From: Squalus acanthias
Lineage: Eukaryota
Direction of reading: 5' to 3'
NCBI GenBank assembly: GCA_030390025.1
Contig: CM059425.1
Span: 172,176,001 to 172,240,000, forward strand
DNA length: 64,000 bases
Positions 1 to 12,990 of the stretch are shown in pieces. The first letter of the stretch is position 1; the number at the start of each line of letters is the position of its first letter. The notes beneath the pieces are model-generated. The model ran no database searches, had not been told where the DNA came from, and saw nothing but the letters and a program-made list of their open reading frames with translations. A program made the translations under genes and the position numbers.

Positions 1-639
1 TTTATAACTTTCAGGTTGTGTATTTAACCTGAAACGAGAGCAGACTTTACGTGGGATTGCTATGGTTTCACAATTGAACTTGTATCTCTTTTGCACCCTG
101 GTCACATTCTTTTCTCATTCTCAACACAACTGCGTTTTTCTTCCTTTGGCCAACAGATCCCACAGGAGAAATTCAATTTCAGAGAAATATACTTAAAAGC
201 GTTGACTCCATCATGTGACTTCCCCCTTCCCACACTATATATAGCTTGTGGATATATTTGTGCCCTCTTAATTATGATCTCACCAAAAAAATGCAATTTC
301 ACACTATTGCCATATGCATGGAACTGTTTCTCTGAGCATCGCTGTGTTTTCACTTGCGGGACTGAATTCATTTTTAGACATTTTGATAAATCATCTAAAT
401 GTTGAACCCAAGTCCTGATTTTAAAAATGTGATTAAGCAGATCTAAGGCTTATAGTCTTATGGCACAACCAGTGCTTAGCAGTTCTTATTGCTTTGACAT
501 GTATTCTGTCTACATTTTCAGTGAATGTCCTTAAAAGCTCCAGATCAAAGAAAAGGGAATAGAAGGTATAATTGGCTCATACCAGAGATAGCTCTGTATT
601 TCATCAACTCGTACAGTTTCCTTCTTCAACAGCCTAGTT

Positions 640-2025
640 AAGCTGTTCCAGTGAAGCTGCAACACTGGTGTGAAATTGCCCAGGTATGTCCTGTCCACAA
701 AAAGCAGGACAACTGCAACCCGGGCACTAATCACCTCAGCAGCCTACATCCACTCATCAGCGAAGTGATGGAAGGAGTTGTCAATAGTATTTTCAAGCAG
801 CATTTGCTCACCAATAATCTGATGCTCAGTTTGTGTTCTGCCAGGACCACTTGACTCCAGAACTCATTACAACCTTGGTCCAAACAGGGAGACAAGCTGA
901 ATTTCAGAGGTGGGGAGAGAATGTTTGCCGTTGACATCAAGGCAGCATTCGACAGAGTGTGGCACCAATAAGCCGTAGTAAAATGGGTCAATGGGGATCA
1001 GGGGGAACATTCCAGTGGCTGGAGTCATAACTGGCAAAAGATGGTTGAGATTGTTGGAGGCCAATCATGTCAGCCCCAGAACATGCAGGAGTTCCTCAGG
1101 CCAACTATCTTCAGCTTCTTCGTCAATGACCTTCCTTCCATCATAAGGTCAGAAGTGGGGCTGTTCGTTGATGATTGAACAGTGTTCCACTCCATTTACA
1201 ATTCCTCAGATAAAGAAGTGGTCCTTGCCTGCATGCAGCAAAACCTGACAACATCCAGGATTAGTCTTCCAAGTGGCAAGTGCCAGGCAATGACAATCTG
1301 CAGCAAAGAGTATTACCTCTTCCCCTTGACATTAAGTGGCATTACCGTTGTTGAGTCCCCCACTGTAAACATCCTGGCAGGAATTACCATTGACCAGTAA
1401 CTCAACTGCGCCAGCTACATAAATGCTGTGGCTGCTGGAGCAGGACAGAGGCTGGGTATTCTGTAGTGAGTGTCTCAACGCTTGACTCCCAAAGCCTTTT
1501 CGCCACCTACAAGGCACAAGTCGAGAACAACAACACTCAAAGCTCAACACGATCTTGGACAAAGTGGTTTGCTTGATCGGTACTTCATCCACGAGCCTAA
1601 ATATCAGCTCCCTCCATCACTGGCGTATTATGGCTGTCGTGTCTACTACCTAAAGGATGCACTGCAGCAACTCGCCAAGCCTCCTTTGGCAGCACCTTCC
1701 AAATCCGTGACCTTCACCTAGAAGGACAGGGGCAGCAGGTGCATGGGAACACCGTCACCTTGAAGTCACACGCCATCCTGACATGGACATATATTGCTGT
1801 TCCTTTGTTGTTGATGGATCAAAATCCTGGATCTCCCTACGTAAGAGCATTGTGGGAGTACCTTCACCACACAAACTGCAACGGTTCAAGAAAAAGGCCT
1901 GCCACTACCTTCTTGAGAGCATCCAACTTATCAAATGGACAAGATGAAATTGCTGCATGAAAAATGGGCAAAGTGCTGATCTGGCCAGCGACGCCCACAT
2001 CCTGAGAATGAACAATAAAAAGAAA
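640..2025 (+). mobile_element. Decayed non-LTR retrotransposon, 'family B' (CR1/L2 group, clade uncertain)
   Basis: Frameshifted RT fragments (AQVCPVHKKQD, DIKAAFDRVWH) and 3' end GCCAGCGACGCCCACATCC plus A-rich tail. Homologous to 13637-15452. Confidence 0.9.
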
Positions 2026-3309
2026 TGTTGGGCACTAAATGACAAACCTTAAGAGTGTACTTCATTGGAACTGGAGCAGGCCATACTTTGCCATCTGTGG
2101 ATAAAACAGGCATAAAAATAAGTCCAAGCATGTTGAAAACTTCTGTTGATACTGAATTTATTATTCGACTTGATGTATAAAATGAAGAAGGCCATTCCGC
2201 CTTTTTGATATCTTTCCAGAGTACAATCACTGTCTATATATCTAACTGTTTCTTAAATGAATCATGTTCTGCTCTGAAGTATCTTTCCTGGCAAACCATT
2301 CCACCTTTTTGTCACCTCTGTATAAAGAAGCTCTTGCTGATGTTCATGAACCTTACCCTTCTCAATCCTATACCAGCAGGTGTCTCTTTCTGCTCGCAGG
2401 TTTAATTTTCCTGTTCTCTGAAGCATCTTGCATACCTTTTTGTAAGGTTCCCATTGTACATCTTAAACAAGGCTAAGGCTAGAATCTTTGTCAACTAATT
2501 CTTGAGATTTTTTTTTCTTTGAGCACCTGTACATTGGTTAACTCCCCTCTTCCACTAATTTGAATTGGCCTCTCTGAATGTTGAGCAATCTATCATGGAA
2601 AGGGGGGAGGATGTGAAAATAATGAAATGCCACTATTGCCAGACTATTCACATTACATCAATAAGGCTACTTCTGATCAGGCTGACATTTTAGTCCTAGA
2701 TAGGTGATTTTTCATAAAGGCCATTTTATCTTGTCTGTTTGATAAGTTCGATGCTCCTTCTTCCATGTCTTGCAACAGATATTTCTCTTTTTGGTTCGGA
2801 ATAACAGCTGTGTTCAAGACAGCAGTAAAGTGCCAAATGGTATGGAATCAGTTGGAGCTCAGTGACCAAGAAGCACTGTAGCATCTAGTTTTAAAATCCT
2901 AAGTGTGGTGAATTTCAAGTGTGGTCAACCTTTTAACAGTTGGCTCATATCCAGCCAGATCTACAGTATTAAATTATCTCCTGTCTCTCCTGATGGTTTA
3001 GGTAGTTAAGGCATTGAGTAGTGTGACGATTCAGGTGCCCAGTGCAAAGCAAGTTCATGATTTCAATGAACTGCAATATGACTTAATGCACAAAGTAATT
3101 TGGGAGGCAGTGTTCCTTGGGTGAAAAATAATCTTGCTTACATTGTGAACAGTAAATCCAGATCTCCCCAACTGTTGGACAAATAACACTCTGATAAATA
3201 GTAAATCTCAGACTTCAAGTATGAATCAGATTTATTAAAAAAAATAAATTTGGCAAAACCAAATGCTAGAATAACAGCAGATAAGTAAATCAGCTTTTCT
3301 CAAAACTAC

Positions 3310-3635
3310 TTGCATTTATCTAACACTTTTTACGTCCTCGGACGTTCCAAAGACCTTTGCAGCCATACAATGTTTTGTAGACAAATGCCATCCAATCTGC
3401 GAACAGCAGATCCCACAGATGGCGGTATGATAAATGACCAGTTAATCTGTTTCTTTGCATTGATTGAACATTAATATTAACGAGGACACTGGGATGCCAT
3501 GGGATTTTGTATATTTGCTTTAATAGGCAGGCAGGATATCTGATTAATATCTTGTCTTATCTGATGCTGTTACTGAAAGATGGTACCTTCGACAATAGTG
3601 CGCTCCCTCAATGCTGCACTAAAGTGTCGGCCAAG
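3310..3635 (-). mobile_element. Degraded DeuSINE-type SINE
   Basis: Diverged match to the fuller copy at 24145-24610 (TTGCATTTAT tail, AATGACCAGTTAATCTG, GCCATGGGAT). Confidence 0.7.
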
Positions 3636-4330
3636 ATTACGTGCTCGTTTCGGGTGACATCAACATCAGTCAGTTTGCTGGTCATACAACAGGTGATGGA
3701 TGCTCTCTTCACAAGGAAACCGCATTACATCACCTTCCCAATGCAGGCTGTGGATCAGGAGGGGAGAGCTGTCTGATTTTCCCACATTGCTGGATTTTCC
3801 AGGTTCAAGAACTGCCCACATGTTACCCGACGTTCTCCACTTAAAGAACTGGCTATGTTTTTAACGAAAAGAGGTTCCACTACTTGAATGTTCAGGTGGT
3901 CTGTGACCATAGGCAGCGAATAATACAGGTCTGTGCCCCAGTTTCCTGGCAGTAGTCATGATGCCTTCATTCTGCAGCAGTCCTCAATTTTTCCATGTCT
4001 TCGACCCAGACCAACGGGTGTCAGGCTGGCTTCTTGGAGACAGTGGCCCGATCAAGAACCTGGGCACAGATACTGAGCATCAATACGATGAGAGCCATAC
4101 AGAAATCGGAGTTTCTATTGGCGTCCTCAAAACAAGGGTTCCGGTGCCTGGACCGATCTGGTGGAGTCCTGCAGTGCAGCCCCGAGCAATTATTCAGATT
4201 TGTAGTGGTTTGCTGAATGCTACACGACTATGCTATTCTGAGGGGCCAAGCCTTGCAGTTGCCACAGGAGGAAGTGCAGGAGCAAGATGAGGAAAGGGAC
4301 GAGGAAGATGATGATGGGGAAGGCCAAGTC
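3630..4330 (+). pseudogene. Decayed PIF/Harbinger (HARBI1-like DDE) transposase
   Basis: Motifs across frameshifts: QQVMDALF, FHYLNVQVVCDHRQRIIQVC, FPGSSHDAFIL, GWLLGDSG, FRCLDRSGGVLQCSPE, then an acidic tail. These are characteristic of Harbinger nucleases. Confidence 0.85.
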
Positions 4331-5798
4331 CAAGAAGTACTGCCAGAGCTGTAAGGCAACAAATTACTGAGATTCTCCAAAATAAACCTTACCCCCTACC
4401 ACCCCAGCATACCAACAGTCCCAACATTTGACCCACTCCTTCCACCAATCTTCTGAATGCCCTCCGACACTGCTACCTCACTGGTCATCCTCTTGCATCA
4501 GTACAGATATCAATGCAAAACAAATATAATCTCTTTACATCGTGCACTTTGTGGATTTTACGACTTTGTTCTTCTCAATATTTAACTGAAATCGCCCGAG
4601 TGCAATCAGTTATTGCCTGGCCTCTGCTTGTTTACCAATTCTAGTGCTCCTATGAGATGGTTCGTGTGTTGCAGGAGCCTGGGATGTGGAAGGCTGGCTA
4701 TCCTCTACGCAGTAGTCATCAAAATCGCAGGCACGATGCCTGTGATTAGCTGATGTGTGCTGTGGTATGAAAGGGTCCTTGATGCCAGCGCGTACTTCGG
4801 AAATTGCTCCCATACCCATAGTGAGCACAAAATGTAATACAACTGATCACATTTAATAAATTTTCTATAGACGTAAGAAATGATTACAAACAGATTTTTG
4901 CCATCTGGTTACAAGAGGCACGCCACATGTTTAATATTGCTTATAGGGCAAATAATTGGTCCTAGCCACTCTTGGCAGTTGCGCAAAATTCTATTGCATA
5001 ATCTTGAGTCTGAAGAAAATCAAACATTCTTTATTTTTCATGTACGTCTACAATTTGCTTTTTCTTTTGTGGCCTTTGTGGTTTGTCTTTTCAGCAGCAT
5101 ATATTGCAGTTTTTAAGTGCATTTCGGAAGTGGAAACCATAATCTTCATCTGGTTGTAAGAGTTGTTGCTTTTCATGTGGTACTTAATATTGAAATAGAC
5201 CGTTCACGGTTTTTTGTGGCCCTTGCTGAAGCCAGTGCGGTTGTTTCTCCAAACTGGAGTATTGACTGTTAGCTGCACGAAACAGCAGATTAACCCTTTT
5301 GAATAGCATTGCAACTTTCACTTTTTGTGTTGAATGTCTGTCTCTCGCTTCCTGAGTTGGACTGTATTGAAATATTAATTTTTCTTCAATCATAAGCATA
5401 TAGCCTAGGTTCATTGGTTCTGGGGAAACGTATGCTTGAAAATTTCATGACATTACAGATAGTTGGTGCTGTCCTTCACGTGGTTTTTCCCACATATTGC
5501 AACCCTGTCATATAACGCCCCCAGACGAGAACCATTGTTGTATCAGTTTGTTTTAGAATCATAAAAGTTTACAGCACAGAAGGAGGCTAATCAGCTTGTC
5601 ATATTTTTGCTGACTCTTTGTTCGAGCAATCCAAAATTAATTCCATTTCCCCATACCTTGTATTTTTTTCTCTTTTAGATATTTATCCAATTTTTTCCTT
5701 CAAAAAATACTCTGTCAATCTGTCCCTGTGGCACCCTTATCATTGACTCTTCTGGACAAAGAAAGACCAAGGTTCATTTAGTTCGCCTTCTACCGTCC

Positions 5799-6196
5799 TA
5801 GAATTTAGAAGGTTATGGGGTGATTTAATCGAAGTTTTCAAGATATTAAGGGGAACTGATGGGGTAGATAGAGAGAAACTATTTCCGCTGGTTGGGGAGT
5901 CTAGGACTAGAGGGGATAGTCTAAAAATTAGAGCCAGGCTTTTCAGGAGTGAAATTAGGAAACACTTCTACACACAAAGGGTGGTAGAAGTTTGGAACTT
6001 TCTTCTGCAAAAGGCAATTGATGCTAGATCAGTTGTTAATTTTAAATTTGAGATTGACAGATTTTTGTTAACCAAAGGTATTAAGGGATATGGGGCAAAG
6101 GTGGGTATATTGAGTTCAGTCATAAATCAGAAATGATCTCGTTGAATGGTGGAACAGGCTCGAGGGGCTAAATGGCTTACTCCTGTTCCTATGTTC
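5799..6196 (+). mobile_element. CR1 LINE 3' fragment
   Basis: EFRRLWGDLIEVFKILRG...FYTQRVVEVWN, followed by a CR1 3' UTR ending CTCCTGTTCCTATGTT. Confidence 0.9.
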
Positions 6197-6199
6197 ATT

Positions 6200-6680
6200 A
6201 ACGTTTTCTATTCTTCCATTGAACCTAACTATGTTGTGGTTACTATTTTCCAATTGTACTCTTAATCTCACATCACTTATTTGCCCTACTTTATTTCCCA
6301 GAACAAAATCAAGCAATGGTTCTTTACTTGAGCAAAATACTGCGGATGCTGGAAATCTGAAATAAAAACAGAAAATGCTGTAAATACTCAGCAGGTCAGG
6401 CAGCATCTCTCTCCACAGATGCTGCCTGACCCGCTGACTATTTATAGCATTTTCTGTTTTTATTAATGGTTCCTTAGTTGTTGGACTAGAAACATACTGA
6501 TCTTGAAGCAGTCATGACTGCATTCTAAAAAGCATTCCTCACTTGGACGACATGCTTTGTTCCAGTCTATCTTGGGATATAAAATCACTCAATATTATTG
6601 TCCTGTTCTTGCATATTTTTCTGAACTGCTTGCAGATCTCCATCTCGATTGCTTCTCCACTGTTTGGCCTATAATGCACA
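6200..6680 (-). mobile_element. Old CR1 endonuclease-region fragment (probably continues at about 7470-7700)
   Basis: ORF 6116-6406 contains LLDFVLGNKVGQISDV...NSNHNIVRF, resembling the C-terminal LDL...SDH motif of the APE endonuclease. Interrupted by a Penelope-tail element. Confidence 0.6.
6331..6464. mobile_element. Fold-back non-autonomous element derived from the Penelope 3' repeat
   Basis: Inverted arms of about 48 bp. Flanking direct repeat AATGGTTCTTTACTTG (6315-6330) / AATGGTTCCTTAGTTG (6465-6480). Homologous to 34305-34369. Confidence 0.85.
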
Positions 6681-6844
6681 CCAAAAATCATACCATAAGA
6701 TTTCATTCAAAAAACAATATACAATATATGTGTGTATGTGTACATGTATGTGTTGATGTGTGTATATATATTATATATGTGTGTGTAATTTGAGTTATGG
6801 TAAATGTGGCATGCTAGGGAGGGACAAGTGACTTTGGACTTTTT

Positions 6845-7275
6845 TTTATTTGTTTATGCGATCAGGGCGTCGCTGGCAATGCCAGCATTTATTGCCCATC
6901 GCTCGTTGCCCTTGAGAAGGTGGTGGTGAGCCGCCGCCTTGAACCGCTGCAGTCCGTGTGGTGATGGTACTCCCACAGTGCTGTTAGGTAGGGAGTTCCA
7001 GGATTTTGATCCAGCGACGATGAAGGATCGGCGATATACTTCTAAGTCAGGATGGTGTGTGACTTGGAGGTGGTGGTGTTCCCATGCGCCTGCTGCCCTT
7101 GTCCTAGGTGGAATAGGTCGCGGGTTTGGGAGGTGCTGCCGAAGAAGCCGTGGCGAGTTGCTGCAGTGCATCTTGGAGATGGTACACACTGCAGCCACGG
7201 TACGCCGGTGGTGGAGGGAGTGAATGTTTAAGGTGGTGGATGGGGTGCCAATCAAGCGGGCTGCTTTGTCCTGGA
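6845..7275 (-). mobile_element. Family B LINE 3' fragment
   Basis: ORF 6854-7282 (IQDKAARLIGTPSTTLNIHSLHHRR...) and T-rich reverse tail at about 6840. Confidence 0.92.
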
Positions 7276-7859
7276 TTTCCAAAGCTTTCCACCACTGGGT
7301 TTTCTTGCTTTATGTCTGGGTCAGTTGTAGACTAATTGATAGAGAATGATTGCCATGATTAGGCAACAACTCCATTATCGTTCTGTCATGAGACTACCAG
7401 GATGGTAGAAGGCAAACTATAGATGAACCTTGTTCTTTCTTTGTCCAGCAATTACTATGTTCCTATTTCCTTTCCTAGTTCTTGAAAGAATACATACCAA
7501 TGGATTCGTAATGCAACCCTCCGGATATCTTGGATTATAGTCCTATGATAGAATCCTTCACTAACACTGCCACCTCATCCTCTTTCCTCTCTCCTCATCT
7601 TTCCTGAAAATATTATAGCCAGGAATATGAAATTCCTAGTACAGACTTTTCCTTCAATTGGATCTCAATTAAAAAGAATTGGGACCAAGTCTCTAGCTTC
7701 ATTACATGAGGTTAAATAAGAGTATGAAACACTGTTAATCTAGCCTGTTTGAGTTTTCTTTTACATTGCTCAGCGGCCTAAGCTGTCGGCACCAGCCAAC
7801 AAACCTCCTACGAAAGTAAGGAAAGCTATTCACTTTCAATCAAATGTGATGTCATACAC

Positions 7860-8350
7860 AAATCTTTTAAGTTGGAAGGACAAGTTGATAAAGCTGTTAA
7901 AAAAGCATATGGGATCCTTGGCTTTATAAATAGAGCCATTGAGTACAAGGATGTTATGTTAAAATTTTATGTCACTGGTTAGGCCTCAGTTAGAGTATTA
8001 TGACCAATTCTGGAAAGATGTTAAGACCTTGGAGAGGGTGCCGAGGCAATTTACCAAAATCATACCAGGGCTGAGTGACTTCAGTTATGTGGAAATTGTT
8101 CTCCTTAGAGCAGAGAAGGATAAGTGGAGATTTAATAGATGTGTTCAAATTTATGAGGGGTTTTGATAGAGTAAATAAGGAGAAACCAGAGGAGACAATT
8201 AAAGTAATTGACAACAGAACCAGAGGGGAGATGAGGAGAAATTTTATATGCAGCGAGTTCTGTTCTGGAATGCACTGCCTGAAAAGTTGGGGGAAGCAGA
8301 TTCAGTAGTAACTTTCAGAAGCCTCCTTCTGTGCTGCAAGATTGTATGAA
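7860..8350 (+). mobile_element. Degraded CR1 3' fragment
   Basis: SLVRPQLEY, DVKTLERV and GDLIDVFKFMRGFDRV in ORFs 7969 and 8075. Confidence 0.85.
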
Positions 8351-9550
8351 ATATTCTATGGTCTTATTAAAGATTTTGAGAAAATCAGCACGCAATCTGT
8401 GACCCAGCTTGGCTGTAGTTGCATGATATAAATTTCATCACTGGCCCATGCCATATATTGCCAGCAACATAAGTGCTTCTTCAGTTGGATTAGTATATTT
8501 GCATTTGCACCGACACCTGCCAAAGTCTAATGCAATAATTCATCATTGAGTGCCTGTGATCATTGTAGAAAATATCTTGGTGTCTAAAATTCATAAACCT
8601 CTTTGGTATCTTTATTTTAAAATCCACCTGCTCATCCATTTAACTAGCCTAGGCTTATTTGCATACTCTACTCTGCAAACTTACTAATATTACAACTGGT
8701 GCTGCTTTCCATATGATTTATTTATGGGGTGGATTCAGAGCTCATGTTTGTGCATCTTCCCTAGTTATTGCATCTCTGGGAAGCCAGAATCCACTCTACT
8801 TGTTTGGTGATCACCTCTTGGACCAGGTTGTGGAGGGTTTTTATGGCAGCTATCTGGAGCAATTTAAATGCTTTCACAAATAATTATCTCAAACTACCAG
8901 CTTCGAATGACAACTATTCTGGAGCTGCAGTCTTCAAAAGATGGTGTGATTTGTTGATCATTCACTGACCAGTGGATCAGCAAAGCATTTATTAACAAAT
9001 TTAATCAAATATTAAGATGAGTATCAAGGGCATTTGACTATAATTCAAAACAAGCTTTCTACCCTTATGTAGGTCACTAGTGAGACTGCATTTGTATGCA
9101 ATTTTGGGTACCCTACTTAAGACTCGTGGTTCGTGAGGGTTCATAGAAAGACGAGGATGATACTGGAACTTGAGTTTCAAACTATGAAGAGATGCTCATG
9201 AAGCTCCCCATCCAACCTGCTCCATGATTCTCTTGACCTGCTGTTGCTTGGAACTTTTTTTATGTGTTATGTTGCTTGTGTTGCACTTCGTCTTGATGCT
9301 GCCTCCTCTTGTCAAAGAAATATATCTGTGATACAGTACTAGGCTTTGGAATATGAAGGCATGGAGGAAGATCACTTTGACCAAAATGGCAGTGCAATTT
9401 TCTTCAAGCGATATCAGCAATTGGCTAATCTCACTCAAAGGGCTAACACAAATTCTCTTTTTACTGTAAACTTGAACATTGGTGAAATAATAAGCAAGAT
9501 GGTACTTAGTGATAATTTTAACTTTATTTTGTTTTCACTTTCCTCTGTAG

Positions 9551-9688
9551 AAAGGGAATTCTAGAAGAATACGTAAAAATAACTAGCCTTGTGACTGAAG
9601 AGATAGTAAATATCCACAAAGATGTCCTGAATTCTATTGAGCAAATCAACCCCAGCTCAGAGTATAACCACTTTATTGAAAATCATAG
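9551..9688 (+). CDS. FER: FER tyrosine kinase coding exon (F-BAR C-terminal part; about human exon 7), 138 nt, phase 2-2
   Basis: Acceptor ttcctctgtAG and donor GTaaag. Translates [46 protein letters not shown], matching recalled human [49 protein letters not shown]. Confidence 0.95.
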
Positions 9689-9729
9689 GTAAAGTATTCC
9701 TTGTGCAATCTAATAGTGGACATAGGAAC

Positions 9730-10140
9730 TCTTATTTATATAGTATTTCTATATTCATGTCCTGAGGGTAGCCAAAGTGCTTTATAGCCAATGAATTAAT
9801 TTTGAAGTGTAATCACTGTTGTTCTGTTGGAAAATGTGGAAACCAATTTGCACGTAGCAAGGCCCCCAAATAATAATGAGATAAATGACCAGTTAATCTG
9901 ATATGGTGATTGAGGATTAAATGTTGTCCAGGATACTAGTAGGACTCTCTCCCCACCCCTGCTCTTCTTTGAATCGTGCTTCAGGGATCTTTTATGTCAT
10001 TCTGAACAGGCAAATCTGAAAGGCGGCACTTCTACCAATGCAGCACTCCGTCAGTACTGCACTGGAGTGTCAGCCTAGATTATGTGCTCAAGTGCTAGAG
10101 TTGGGCTTGAACCCACAATCTTGTGACCCAGAGGTGAAAT
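9730..10140 (-). mobile_element. DeuSINE-type SINE
   Basis: GCAGCACTCCGTCAGTACTGCACTGGAGTGTCAGCCTAGATTATGTGCTCAAGT core and tRNA-like B-box remnant. Homologous to 24145-24610. Confidence 0.85.
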
Positions 10141-10440
10141 AATTCAACACCGTGCAAAAATTAGGACAGTCATTCGTATTAGCAGAAAGAAAGTTGTCTG
10201 GTATGTTTAAGGTAAAGAATGTTTAGAAACTGAGTTTTGTTTTTGCTTTGGGGTATGATTCCGTTCACTGCTGGGGGATTATATTTTGTCATTTCAGTCC
10301 TTTCCGGTTGTAAGAGTCTGCACTTTACAATGTAATTCAAAACTTTAGCTAAGACTTATTTACAAGTTTTGAAAGGCTACAACCAAGTGTAGCTTAACAG
10401 ATGCTTACACTTTATTTTGAGCGTACGATTTTATTTGCAG

Positions 10441-10560
10441 GTCACAGCCAATTAAGGAGGCAAGTATTGAGTTTGATGTTTTGTTATTGGAAGACATGGA
10501 AAACCTTCAAGCCAATGAGATTTTGTGGAACAGTTTAACAGCAGAGAGTTTACAGACAAC
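10441..10560 (+). CDS. FER: FER coding exon, 120 nt, phase 2-2
   Basis: ttttatttgcAG / GTaagt. Translates [39 protein letters not shown] (recalled human: [31 protein letters not shown]). Frame continues from the previous exon. Confidence 0.95.
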
Positions 10561-11522
10561 GTAAGTTTCAGATCTACCTCTTGTGCCAATTCTGTGTTGT
10601 TTCTCAACATTTTAGAAAGTAAACATTTGGGCCATTGATATTTAACAGCAGAATTTGGGTAGTACTCAATGCTTTATTTAGTTTCAGTGAACATTTATCT
10701 GAAGAAATTAAATGTCAAATCAGAACTTATTTTGTTTATGTATTTCAACTGAGTACACAGCAGTACCTGAAATAGTTTGTAAATTTTCAAGTCTGATGCC
10801 TTCTTATTGACATTTAGAACTGAAAGGAAACATAATGAGCCTTGTGCGCAGATCACAGATGTGGTTCTTATCTGACCTCAATTGAGTAACTCTATCAAAA
10901 ATAGTATTAACAATTATAGGTGGATGTTTTAAATTCAGGGGAGGAAGAACAATTTCCAACGTGCTTTTTCCTACCAATTTCCTGCCCTTCATAAGTTGCC
11001 CATTATGCACGTGTGATCTTTGGTGAATGTTGGCATGTAACTTGAACGTAAGGGAGTGGATGGGGGAAGGAATCACAGTCAAACCCAATCCGGTCCTTAT
11101 CTTACACACGTGCACACGCACATTTCCAGGAGGGGTTCTTTGGATAGTAGGTGGGAACAGGAACCTTAACTGGCTTTCTCCTCATAACCCAAGGGTGCTG
11201 AAGCCAATTGTAGTGCTGCTCACACCTCAGTTCTCTTGAGCTAATTTAGCAGAGATAGGAAATTGAACCTAGGACCTTCCATTTTGTATGGCGAACCTCC
11301 TTGTTGAGCTATGGTAAGTGCCTTTAAACAGCCTTTTAATAGGCCTGCTCTAGTACTTGTTGGTACTTCTTGGAACTACTTTGCATTATCAGTTTTTGGG
11401 ACAATTGCCTGTAGAATCTCTGAAGAAACTCAAAGAACCTTATATTCTTTAAAGAAAATAATTGTGGCACAAATATGAGTAAAAGCAGCCTAATTTGGTA
11501 GTGGTGCTGTTTCAAATAATAG

Positions 11523-11645
11523 GCTAAAAACAACAACTGAAGACTTGGTCCAAACTCAACAAACCATTATCAGCAAGGAAGAAATAATAGTAGAACTGAA
11601 GAAAGAAATTGAGGAAACTACAACGACATATGAAAACAAATCTGA
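11523..11645 (+). CDS. FER: FER coding exon (FX coiled-coil region), 123 nt, phase 2-2
   Basis: aataatAG / GTaagt. Translates LKTTTEDLVQTQQTIISKEEIIVELKKEIEETTTTYENKS (recalled human: LKTLAEELMQTQQMLLNKEEAVLELEKRIEESSETCEKKS). Confidence 0.92.
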
Positions 11646-11947
11646 GTAAGTACCAAATATTCTAAGTTAGGCTAGGATAGCTTGCAAAATCAATCTTACT
11701 TTGATGACACATATTTAAAACAAAAATTGTTTCGTCCCCATTTTTACTATTTTCCTGCCTCCGTGTCATCCTGCAGCTAGGACAGGCAATTTGGGAGGGG
11801 GATGGGTTGGGGGAATTGATTCGTTTGACTACAGAAAGAGAGATCCTTTACCATGAAGCAATCCATGTAATACTCCGGGTACTGGAGAAGATTGTTTGCT
11901 GAGTATAACTGAGCTTGAATAGCTCAAAGCAGAGACTTAAATCCTGG

Positions 11948-12077
11948 AATAACAACAGAAAATGCTGGAAACACTCAGCAGGGCAGGCAGAATCCGTGGA
12001 GAGAGAAACAGAGTTAACAAATGTTTCCAGTATTTTCTGTTATTTCAGATTTCCAGCATCCGCAGTATTTTGATATT
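11948..12077. mobile_element. Fold-back Penelope-tail element
   Basis: Head-to-head tail halves. TSD GACTTAAATCCTGG (11934-11947) / GACTTAACTCCTGG (12078-12091). Confidence 0.85.
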
Positions 12078-12990
12078 GACTTAACTCCTGGGTCCTGTAA
12101 ATGGGAGACCAACACACAACAGATGGGGCTGTACCTCTTATCATTTCTAGCATTGTTTTTGGAATCCGAAACACATGCTTATTTGTGAAATCAGTTAAGA
12201 AATAGTTCTGTTGTCATGTAAAATATATTGTGCAAAACGATCACAAACATATCTTTACTTTATGAAACTGAACAGATTGAAATTATTTTTCTTTTGTACA
12301 TTATCTCACTCTCGTTCAACCAAATATAAACCTCAAGTAAGAGGCCAAAACACATGTCTTCAGAAATTAATATGGACCAAGAATTGTTCAAATCATTGAG
12401 TTGATTTGGAATCTTCAGAGAGCAACTTAACCCAGTTAGCCCCCTGCAGTTGGAAATATAGGACAAGAATAAGTCCATATTTAAAGGTTAACTAGAATAT
12501 AATTGTCTAGCCTAGAGTTTGTATTCATTTTATTATTTTTATTTTGAGACTTATCTATTGTATGCATTCTATTACTGTTTATATTCACTTCACCTTTTTC
12601 AATAAATTCACTTGTTAAATAAGCTCTGACATTGTGATGTTCTGCTGATTTTCAAAGCTGAAAGAAAGTCATTGTTGGGGTACAGAAGAGACCTAGTCGA
12701 TAAAGGAATTTGCAGAAAGGTTTTTTATTCATCATCCTGGGCTCACTATCACAAACTTAACTAGATATTAGGATCGGTGAATATGCTCTTGAGACCGTAA
12801 GGAGTTAGGACTCATCTGTGTGTGTAATCTAAACTGAAGAGCGCCGGTATCAAATTAGAACGGGCAGAAAAGACCCAAACATGTAACGCCAGCTGTGATA
12901 GAAATTTCTACCATTAAACCATGTGACTGTTTTTCAGCTGTCAGCAATATTGTGAGAATTTGAGCACCTGATTGCATAAGTTTTACACAA

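Noticed and set aside
9..34. Short inverted repeat TTTCAGGTT...AACCTGAAA resembling part of the Penelope hammerhead
   Set aside because: Only 9 bp, at the window edge, and lacks the CUGANGA box.
91..9500. Upstream FER exon and other short ORFs in the track
   Set aside because: No match to the preceding FER exon (KAKERYDKATMKLH...), which must lie upstream of the window. The short ORFs are repeat-derived or random.
12480..12890. Possible LTR remnant
   Set aside because: No clear TG...CA termini, TSD or second copy.
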